Origin: Antedon mediterranea | Lineage: Eukaryota > Animalia > Echinodermata | Length of the DNA: 64,000 bases | Assembly (NCBI RefSeq): GCF_964355755.1 | Contig: NC_092678.1 | Coordinates: 20,353,365 to 20,417,364 of the forward strand | Direction of reading: 5' to 3' | Part shown: piece after piece, positions 52,833-63,389 of the stretch | Position numbering within the stretch: the stretch's first letter is position 1 | How the letters are laid out: each line of letters begins with the position of its first letter | The notes under the pieces: generated by a model | Databases searched by the model: none | The model's input: only the letters and a program-made list of their open reading frames with translations | Told to the model about the DNA's origin: nothing | Program-made: the position numbers and the translations under genes

Positions 52833-53895
52833 AATTCAATTCAAGAAACATTTATTGACCAAAAATATTATATTATAACAATGGTTGGCATATAATATAT
52901 ATAGTCGAAAGACTACAAAAGGCCCAATGGGCCTGTCGCTGTAGTACCTCATACATTATACAAATAACAATAATTATACAACACTTAATTTAGGTCGAGA
53001 AGCTAAGGCCATTTAAAATGGCATTTCTCCGACTTTTGGACGCAGAGTAGAACAGTTACAGACGGCGTGCATAAATGCCAAATGACACGTGATGAGTAAT
53101 TAACCAATCAAATTTGTTATTGCTGTCACTCTTGTACTATCTGTTACATAATTTATTGTACTCACATTCTATTCATTATTATATTATTTATTTTTATATT
53201 AATAAATTGAAATATTATTAGTGAATTATGCTTATTGAAATATAATATTCCTCACAGTTAGCAATTGATTTTAATAAAATCATAGTATTGTTAGCTTCAG
53301 CTACGTTTTTTGTGTCTTTTGTAATTATTTTGTCTGGCAGAAGTTAGGCAATATCGGTCTATGTCAATTATAACATTGTAGATATCTCAATTAAAGCAAT
53401 AGTGTATATCACCAATGTCAACAACAAGTCAGTGACTATCAAATGTCTTAAAAGACGGTTACTTCAAAAGAAGCAAAATAACCATTGGTGTCGAAACGTT
53501 ATTCCTTGTTGTCTCCATGTTGAACATTGTACTGTATAGTTCTACACTTCATTTCTCACCATTGTAGGCCAACTATCAATTTCTTTTTGAAATCGGTCGG
53601 TGACGTTAGCAGAGCAACAACAAATTCGTACGTTTTATTTGTGTAAACCCGGAGTTGATACAGTAAAAACACCAATTATCATATTCATTGCAACCACTAT
53701 GAATGTGTATTCATGTGAACTTGAAGTGTACTCTCAACAGTAATTCCGTAGACATGTTGCCGGAGGGGTCCTTATGGTGGTGAATTGAGCAGTACACTAC
53801 AGTGTATGTCAGTGCTCTCTAAGAATTAATGCATTCTCGTTCTCTGCCATTTTAGTTTGATTTCAACACACTAACCAAACTATTAAACATTAGCA

Positions 53896-54791
53896 ATGGA
53901 TAATATAACCAGCTATGAAAATAAAGTTGAGTATTTCACTATAGATATGATAACAATTGGAAGTGTATGGATAGTAATAACAGTGTGGATAATTGTCACA
54001 AATGCATTCGTTATTGCGGTCACAATTTGGAAAAAGCTTTACACTAACTTAGGAAAACGTATCCAGTTCAGTTTAAGCATAATCGATTTAATATCAGGAA
54101 TAGTTGGCAGTGTGTGGATAACGCAGAGAATGTTAGGCCTACTGAATGGATCCCTGTTCCCATTCCTACTGGACGGTACTTTGCTGTATTTGGTGTTCAT
54201 ATCACAATTACAGTTGTGTCTATTAGCAATCGAAAGATACGTAGCAATAGTGTATCCGTTTCGTCATCGTCAACTTATGACTCCGCGCGTTGTAAATATT
54301 GGAATAGCAGCTACGATTGCAACAGGAACGATAATTTTCATACTAGGAGGATCCATTACAATTAGTATCAGTACGTCGGTTTTTTGCTAATCCTCGATAC
54401 ATTACGTCTTATAATTCTGGTGTTGATATGCGGCTTTAATATTATTGTTTATTTGAAAGCTAAAAAGCAACAACGGCAGATTGCCGCAATTGAAAATGCT
54501 GTAATCAGATCAAAACGTAAACATGACCATAGAGCTACGAAGACAAGTATGATAATTGTAGGCACCTATTTTGTATGTAGGCCTATCTTTCCATATTTGG
54601 TATATTTGTTGTCTTGCTCTATATCTGAAGTCATTTATAGTGATATAACATGCGATGGAACAACATCAATGGCACTTTTGGTCGTTACCTATTTAAACTC
54701 CGGTATGAATCCTGTTGTTTATTCATTTAGGAATAAACAGTTTCTTAAATCGATTCGTTCTCTTTTGAAAAAAAATACATTTCATCATTAA
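53896..54791 (+). pseudogene. Subfamily D GPCR with a 1-nt frameshift
   Basis: T6 at 54380-54385 versus T7 in 44970 (45454-45460). Also carries an in-frame 6-nt insertion (Arg-Pro) in TM6. Confidence 0.75.
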
Positions 54792-56017
54792 AAAACGGAA
54801 TGGATTTATGGACACACACTAAAGTCAAAACAAACAGCAATGACCAAAAAATGAAACTCTCAAAGTTAACTTCTACAATATATTCGTACAACCACATTTT
54901 AATGAAACTCGGAATACTATAATATTTCACTCGCTGTATATAGTAATATGGAAGAATATTTAACTAAATGTGACCAATTACAACGTGATGTATAATCCAA
55001 ACTGTCGCTTGTCATTGTTCAACTCACCTTTTCTATTAAAAAAGTTAAACAGTTAACAATAAAATTAAACCTAATAATATCTAGTGTTACGGTTTACACA
55101 TATACGTTACATTATTGTTTTATCATAATTCAATCACTGAATCAGTAACAGGTCAATGTGTACATGAAAGACGATATCACATTGTGTTTAATACAATTTA
55201 GTACTTTTAACAAAAGTTACTGTTTTGGCATCTGTTGTGAAGGTAATTCATTTATTATATTATACGGTGAACAATAATGTGTAAAAGTATACATCTCTTT
55301 CTGGTTTTAGTATCTCATAGGACGTTTTACTCTCCAGTTCTTTGCATCAGTATTGTCGTGTGTCACTGCCGCTGTTTTCTTTGTTTCTGAAGTTAGAATA
55401 CTTATAATATTGACCGAATTAGCTTATTTATCCCAATTTCAAGTGAAAGTTTTACTTCTGTGATGTTGAACTTTATCTGATCTCTATAAACTTTCTAAAG
55501 ATTGAATACTTATCATAATATTGGTCGAATTAACATCCTTATTTCCTGTTCGAGTTTTCTTCTGTAATATTGAACTTTGAACTTTAACTCACCTCTATAA
55601 CCTTTCTGAAGATTGAATACTTATCATAATATTAGTCGAATTAACATCCTTATTTCCAGTGCAAGTTTCCTTCTGTGATGTTGAACTTTAAACTTTAACT
55701 GACCTCTTATAACCTTTCTGAAGATTGAATACTTATCATAATATTGGTTGAATTAACATCCTTATTTCCAGTTCAAGTTTCCTTCTGTGATGTTGAACTT
55801 TAAACTTTAACTGACCTCTTATAACCTTTCTGAAGATTGAATACTTATCATAATATTGGTTGAATTAACATCCTTATTTCCAGTGCAAGTTTTACTTCTG
55901 TGATGTTGAACTTTGACCTCTAACAGTTAATGTCTTACTTGCTTCATTGGATCGTTATTTCGCACTCTGTTCTCGAGTACGTCATTCTCTTCTCTGTCAA
56001 GTTTTACCGACGCTAAA

Positions 56018-57177
56018 ATGAATAACACTACTGGCAATGAAGAAGAAATTAAACATTTTAGAAATATACTATTACTTACTGTATGGCTCATGATATCATT
56101 GTGGATAATTTTCAGTAATTCATTCGTTATTGCAGTCACTATTTTGAAAAAACTTTACACTAATTTGGCAAAACGTATCCAGTTCAGTTTAAGTATAGTT
56201 GATTTAATATCTGGAATAATTGGTAGTATATTGTCAATTTGTAGAATTTTATTGCAAAGATCAATATTTTAAGAAATATTTGACACTGTTTTTCTGTGTC
56301 TTGTCTTCATATCAACTACATCTTGGGTTATTAGTAATCGAAAGATACGTATCAATAGTTTATCCGTTACGTCACAATCAAATAATGACATCACGCGTTG
56401 TGAATTTCATTTCATTTCATTTTATTGCATATCAAAATCGCAGCCAATGGCTGAATTACATGATACTTACAAATATAAAAACATTTAAAACAGGCATAAA
56501 ACAGAATATAAAGTGTACGTACAAATCAAAGAACAAATAAAAGTGGAATCAAACATATTGCACAAGAAAAATACATAAAAATACAAATTTAGCTAAAATT
56601 TATTTACAAATTAAAAAATTTAATTAAATAAGGGAAATATGGAAATTGATTATTTATTAATACAAGATTATGAAATTTGATAAAATTAGAAAATGTGAAT
56701 ATAGGAATTGCAGTGACGTATACTATAGGGTGTTTTATTTTCATATCTAGATTATTTTTTATATTTTTTTCCAAGAATTGGTTATTTTTCTTAATGTTTG
56801 ATACAATCAATCTTATACTTTTACTGTTAATATGCATCTTCAATGTTATTATTTACCGCAAAGCTAGAAAACAACAACTTAAAATTGATGCTATGGAAAA
56901 TATTGTAATCAGATCAAAATGCAAAAAAGACTACAAAGCTACGAAAACAACTACAATAATTGTGGGTACATATTTTGTATGTATTTTCTCGTCTGTCGTA
57001 TATTTACTGTATCAATCCATATCTGATATTATTTCTAGTAAAAACTCTTTTAATATAATTGTAATTTCCATACTAATAACAGTTACTTATATAAACTCTT
57101 GTTTGAACCCGATCGTGTACTCTTTTAGAAATAAGAAATTTGTTCACTATTTTCGTTCTTTGGTCAATAGTTTCTAA
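56018..57177 (+). pseudogene. Subfamily C GPCR with a nonsense mutation and a retro-insertion
   Basis: TAA at 56270-56272 (GAA in 35631) and a 288-bp insertion after TSRVVN. Confidence 0.9.
56406..56693 (-). mobile_element. Short non-LTR retroelement 3' fragment
   Basis: 7-bp TSD tgtgaat (56399-56405, 56694-56700). The minus strand ends aataaaa(tgaaa)n. Confidence 0.8.
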
Positions 57178-58491
57178 ACGATCTATTATGTCGGTCAATG
57201 CAGTACTTTATTGACATGTACAAAATAATTATAAGCAAAATATTATAAGCAAATATTTGTACTTTTATTTACACACCTCTTGTTACATGACGTTGTACAT
57301 CATCTGTACTCGTAATCAACACAGAGTTACATATCTATTTATGCCCGTTATGCATTACGTCATTCTGTAATTACTCACGCATGACGGAGTGTAACTAGTG
57401 CCATCACAGCCCTATATCTATTATTATATACCTGTATATGGTATCATACTAGCCTATATTCACCAAACAGAATAGTAAAAAGGTGTCAAATTACTGTGAT
57501 ACATAGATGCATAGAGAGATGCATAACCTGTATATATAATAGTATTTAGTTTTACCAAGGCAATCTAAAAACAGGATACTTGTGAAGATAGCAATTCATA
57601 ACAGTCCTTTGATCTTATGTCTTGCTGCGACAAATACCAAAAGTACTGTACTATGTACTTATTCTCTGCGGCTCGCGGCGCCTGTTGCATAGCACTGATC
57701 ATGTCGCAGCCACGGATAAACCCTTTGATCCCAAGAGCTTAACATCTTGTTGTTAGATTGCTTTGGTTTTACAAGGTAGACATCTGTGACATTTTGCTCA
57801 AAAGTAACTGCTCCTGAATTAGTTTATTGGACTGATTTCATTATTGTGCTTAGATGGTTAGTAAATCATTCACATACGTCTGTTTTTCTAAATTGATGGC
57901 TTCTTTAATACAATTATCTAATAATATATGTTACACATTGTACTGATACAATTCATTATTTAAATTTGTTTATAATTAATAAATTGAACCATTAGTGGTG
58001 AGCTATGCTTCGAAATACAATATGCCTCACTGTTAGCAATTTTGTTTAATACAATTATAGTAATGTTACAGTTCTGGTATGTCATGATAATGTCAACAGC
58101 AAATCAATGACTGTCAAGTGTCTTTATTGAAGAAGAAGAAGAATAAGATGACAAACCATTGATGTGGAAACGTTATTTTTTGGCATCTTCATGCTCCTTT
58201 ACTAACCATTGTACGCTACAGTTTTATACCTCTTTACTCACCATCGTACTCGCAAGCTCAACAGCTGCAACAAACGCCTACTGTTATGTTTTTCTCTGTG
58301 TATATGCAATCAAGTATTGGATACAGTACTTTATATCTTAATGTTCGTAACAATCGTCACTTTCATTGCACAATTACGTCTGGACTTTTGTGATCTTGAA
58401 CTAGACTCCTCTCTCAAGGAACTAATTAATGAATTCTGGTTCTTCTCTGTCATTTTACTTTTTACTTGTCACTTTCCACCGAACAATAAAA

Positions 58492-59370
58492 ATGGATAAT
58501 GTAACTAGCTATGAAGATACAACAGTAAATTTTAGTTATATGTTAATACTTGGAAATATATGGATAATGATATCATTGTGGATAATTGTCAGTAATGTAT
58601 TTGTTATTGCGGTCGGAATTTGGAAAAAGATGTACACTAACTTGGCAAAACGTATCCAGTTCAGTTTAAGTATAGTTGATTTAATATCTGGAGTGATCGG
58701 TAGCCTGTGGGTGATGCAAAGATTTTTACTGAGAAGGTCAAGATTCATTTTTTTACTAGATTGTACTTTGTTGTATATGGTGTTTATTTCACAGCTACTA
58801 CTGTGCTTATTAACAGTCGAAAGATACGTAGCAATAGTCTATCCGTTTCGTCACCATCAGCTGATGACGTCACGTGTTATCAACACTGGAATTGCGGCTA
58901 CAATAGTAACAGGAATCTTCATGTTCATTGCTGGAGGATTCATTGCATCTATCAACCTACCTGCTTTCTTCTTAATGTTCGATACTGTGCGTCTGATAAT
59001 TCTTGTGTTAATATGCGTATTCAATCTCATTATTTATTTCAAAGCTAGGAAGCAGCAACTACAGATTTCAGCAATAGAGAATTCTGTCTTCAAATCAAAA
59101 CGCATGAAAGACTACAAAGCCACGAAAACAACTATGATAATTGTCGGCACTTACGTTGTATGTGTCTTTCCATATTTGGTATATATTCTGTCTCATTCTG
59201 TATACAAAATTATTAATGGTGAAAAAATATACGATGACATAGTCGCAGTGTTACTATTAACAGTTACCTATTCAAACTCTGGCATGAATCCAATTGTGTA
59301 TTCGTTTAGAAATGAGCAATTTCGTAATTTGATTCGTTCTCTTGTAAATAAAACGACGTGTCTCTGTTGA
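58492..59370 (+). CDS. Class A GPCR, 292 aa (subfamily E)
   Basis: Start MDNVTSYED chosen by homology with paralogs; intact ORF. Confidence 0.9.
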   Translation: MDNVTSYEDTTVNFSYMLILGNIWIMISLWIIVSNVFVIAVGIWKKMYTNLAKRIQFSLSIVDLISGVIGSLWVMQRFLLRRSRFIFLLDCTLLYMVFISQLLLCLLTVERYVAIVYPFRHHQLMTSRVINTGIAATIVTGIFMFIAGGFIASINLPAFFLMFDTVRLIILVLICVFNLIIYFKARKQQLQISAIENSVFKSKRMKDYKATKTTMIIVGTYVVCVFPYLVYILSHSVYKIINGEKIYDDIVAVLLLTVTYSNSGMNPIVYSFRNEQFRNLIRSLVNKTTCLC

Positions 59371-60090
59371 AGACATGAAAATAAATTTGTTTTGCAATTA
59401 AATAAAATAAATTTCACATCAAAATCTTCTAACATTCTATCAAGAACCAACTGCAACAATCATAAACAGATGAAATTCTACTGAAAGCAATCCTTAGATC
59501 ATAATAATAATTATCAAACCGCGCAAACTGGAACTTCTTGTACTATTATCTTGTAATATTGAGAAATTCATCTTGTTCTTGTTTTAGTTCCTTAGCAGAA
59601 CATTGTACTCTCCAGTTCTTTTAGCTCATTTGCGGGTCACGTCAAGTGAAACTCTTAGTTTTCCTTGTCACATAATTAGTGAAACTATGTAAGGCCTAAA
59701 TAATATAACAATCCTCGTTTCTAACGCACACCCATTAAAACTGAACTTCTATAATGCTGAACTTTGAACCGGAACTGAACTCATACAGTGACTCTAAACC
59801 TGTTCTATTGGCTCGTCTGTTTTTCCTGTTATTTTGCGTTCAATGCTCTTCGACACTCAAGTACCGTCTTTTCCCGCGCGGCGTCTGTTAAGTTGCATGG
59901 GACTGATCGTGTCGCAGCCACAGATAAACCCTTTGATCCCAAAATCTCAGCATCCTGTTGTTAGATTAACTTTGCTCAAAAGTAGCTACTTCTGAATCAG
60001 TTTATTGGACTAATTTCATTTTTGTACTTGTTGTCTTAGATGGTTAGTAAATCATTCACATACGTCTGTTTTTCTAAATTGATGGCTTCT

Positions 60091-61304
60091 TCTATATATA
60101 AATTTACATAAGGGCAAAATTTGGTAAATCGCGCGTTATTTCTAGAATGTTTACTCGATGGTATATAAAGTTGGTTCGTACTTTCGGTACTGATTTTATC
60201 TACCTGAAGTAACCCTGTTTAATATTTAAATTGAGTTCGATAATTAGTTATTGACAGTTAAAACGAATTTCGGTTCAACTATTTGCCCCAAATAGGGGTG
60301 TCTTCCGATCATGGTATACACTGTCTAATGGATGTCCATCTTGAAAAATACCCGCACACAATAATACGAGGATGCTTCGCATTTCTCTATCTCCTCCTAC
60401 GATAATTGATTTTAATGGCTGAAACCCGATTGAACAGCTGGACTGGAGTACAGCATCATAATGTAGAAGACAGGCCGATGTTCTTTAAAAAATACAATTT
60501 TGATAGATTTAATATGCGTTTATACAAATGTATTGATTTGCGATGGATGGAACATTTCACATTATTTGGTTTAACCATGGAGATATAGGTTTAACACAAG
60601 TAGGTAAATGTATAGGCCCTTAAAGAATAAACTTAAAACCTTAAGATATAGTATTGCAATACTGCTATACAATAGGCCTACTGTAAATACCTGTTAACCA
60701 TTTTTGGTCGCCATTTGAATCGCAAATTTCTTACTGTGAGTGTTGGTACTGTTAGATATAATATAAACATATATAAAAATAAACTGTATTACTGTGAGTG
60801 TGGGAGGCCCTACTGTTTATAAACACATAATATACAAATAAACTATATTACTGACAGTTGCTTCTCAACGTTTGTTAATAAATAAATAAATAAATAAATA
60901 CAAATAAACGTCGTAGTGGTGTATCGTCACATGTACTTTACTATTTCAATCGACTAGGACAGTGACAGTTTTAACAAAGTATTAAATCGCAAATGTTTTA
61001 CTGTATTTAGTGGTATATTATTATTTTATAGGCCTATATAAAACATAAACAAAAATATTTCGATGCTGAGTGGATAAAGAATATATTTTAAAATGGTTCC
61101 TCTTTGTACATTCCCTCAACCTTAATGTTAAATACAAGACAAAAATTGGGTTTTTTTAAAATGAGTCCAAAAATCAAAAATTTGGTTTCTTTTTCGGAAG
61201 TAATTCCTAGGGTGCTAATTTTAGTTGACTGCATAAATCATTGTTTCTATGTATGCGTTTCTGTAAACGACAATGTATTGTAGTCCTAGTTAGCCACGAC
61301 CTAG
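60091..61304 (+). mobile_element. Putative non-autonomous Helitron
   Basis: Absent from the paralogous site at ~57900. Starts TCTATATATA, ends CTAG, no TSD. The hairpin is weak and the insertion site is not canonical A|T. Confidence 0.55.
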
Positions 61305-61964
61305 ATAATACAATTACCTTAATAATAATATGTTACACATCGTACTGACACAATTCATTATTTAAATTTGTTTATAATTAATAAATTGAACCATTAGTGG
61401 TGAGCTATGCTTCGAAATACAATTTGCTTCACTGTTAGCAATTTTGCTTAATTCAATTATAGTAATGTTACAGTTCTGGAATCTTTTATAATTATTTTAA
61501 CTGGCAGAGGTTCGGAGACATCGGCCTATATAAATTATAAATTGTAGATATTTCAATTAAAGCATATCAACAGCAAATCAATGACTGTCGAGTGTCTTTC
61601 AAAGACGTTATTGAAGAAGAAGAATAAGATGAAGAACCATTGATTTTGAAACGTTATTCTTTGGCATCTTCATTCTCCTTGACTGACCATTGTACGCTAC
61701 AGTTTTATACCTTTTTACGCACCATCGTACTCGCAAGCTCTACAGCAACAAACGCCTACTGTTTTGTTTTCTCTTTGTATGTGCCTACCCGTCCAATTAC
61801 GCATTAGATACAGTATGTTAAGGTTTGTAACAATCGTCACTTTCATTGCACAATTACGTCTGGACTTTTGTGATCTTGAACTAGACTCCGCTCTCAAGGA
61901 ACTACTTAATGCATTCTGGTTCTCTGTCATTTTACTTTGATTTCAACACACCGAACAATAAAAA

Positions 61965-62843
61965 ATGAATAATTTTACTATCTATGAAGATACAACAATG
62001 AATTTCAGAAATGTGATAATACTTAGAAGTGTATGGATAATAATATCATTGTGGATAATTTTCAGTAATTCATTCGTTATTGCGGTCGGTATTTGGAAAA
62101 AGATGTACACAAACTTGGCAAAACGTATCCAGTTCAGTTTAAGTATAGTTGATTTAATATCTGGAGTGATCGGTAGCCTGTGGGTGATGCAGAGATTTTT
62201 ATTAAAAAGGTCAACATTCATTTTTTTACTGGACTGTACTTTGTTGTATATGGTGTTTATTTCACAGCTACTGCTGTGTTTATTAACAGTCGAAAGATAC
62301 GTAGCAATAGTCTATCCGTTTCGTCACTATCAGCTGATGACGTCACGTGTTATCAACACTGGAATTGCGGCTACAATAGTAACAGGAATCGTCATGTTCA
62401 TTGCTGGAGGATTCATTGCATCTATCAACCTGCCTGCTTTCTTTTTAATGTTCGATACTGTGCGTCTGATAATTCTTGTGTTAATATGCGTATTCAATCT
62501 CATTATTTATTTCAAAGCTAGGAAGCAGCAACTACAGATTTCAGCAATAGAGAATTCTGTCATCAAATCAAAACGCGTGAAAGACTACAAAGCCACGAAA
62601 ACAACTATGATAATTGTCGGCACTTACGTTGTATGTATCTTTCCATATTTGGTATATTTTCTATCACATTCTATATACGAAATTATTCATGGTGAAAAAA
62701 CATACGATGAGATAACGGCAATGTTATTATTAACAGTTACCTATTTAAACTCGGGAATGAATCCAATTGTGTATTCGTTTAGAAATGAGCAATTTCGTAA
62801 TTTGATTCGTTCTCTGGTAAATAAAACGATGTGTCTCTCTTAA
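61965..62843 (+). CDS. Class A GPCR, 292 aa (subfamily E)
   Basis: Intact ORF, close paralog of 58492. Confidence 0.92.
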   Translation: MNNFTIYEDTTMNFRNVIILRSVWIIISLWIIFSNSFVIAVGIWKKMYTNLAKRIQFSLSIVDLISGVIGSLWVMQRFLLKRSTFIFLLDCTLLYMVFISQLLLCLLTVERYVAIVYPFRHYQLMTSRVINTGIAATIVTGIVMFIAGGFIASINLPAFFLMFDTVRLIILVLICVFNLIIYFKARKQQLQISAIENSVIKSKRVKDYKATKTTMIIVGTYVVCIFPYLVYFLSHSIYEIIHGEKTYDEITAMLLLTVTYLNSGMNPIVYSFRNEQFRNLIRSLVNKTMCLS

Positions 62844-63389
62844 TGACAAAGAATTAAATTCATTTCGAAATTGAATAAAGTGAATTGCATATCAAAATCT
62901 GCTAACATTATATCAAGAACCTACAACGATCATACTGAAAACAACCCTTAGGTCATAATATTTATCGAACCTCAAATTGGAACTTCTCTTGTAATTATTG
63001 AGAAATTCATCTTGTTCTCGTTTTAGTTCTTATAGCAGAACATTGTGCTCTCCAGTTCTTTTAGTAGCTCATGTGTGAGTCACGTCAAGAGAAACTTTTA
63101 GTTTTCTTTGTTACATAATTATTGAAAAATAACGTAAGACCTAGATGATAATAACAATCCTCGCATTAAAAGTTGCTTCTGTAATGTTGAACTATGAACC
63201 GGAACTGAACTTATGTCAGTAACTCCTAAACTACTATTGGTTCGTCTGCTTGTGACGTTGTGTTCTGTTAGTTTGCGTTCAGTGCTCTTTGAAACTCAAG
63301 TACCGTTTTTTCTCCGTGAATGTTACTTTGATCGCAACAACACCAAACTAAGTTATCAAACTTTGTGTTGTTAGGGCCTACTTGATAAA

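Noticed and set aside
58429-58491. 21-aa N-terminal extension of the 313-aa ORF
   Set aside because: Paralogs start at the MDN/MNN methionine (58492), and the extension is not conserved upstream of 61965.
23250-62843. Naming the receptors as adenosine, melanocortin or amine receptor orthologs
   Set aside because: Only generic class A similarity is visible; orthology needs a phylogeny.
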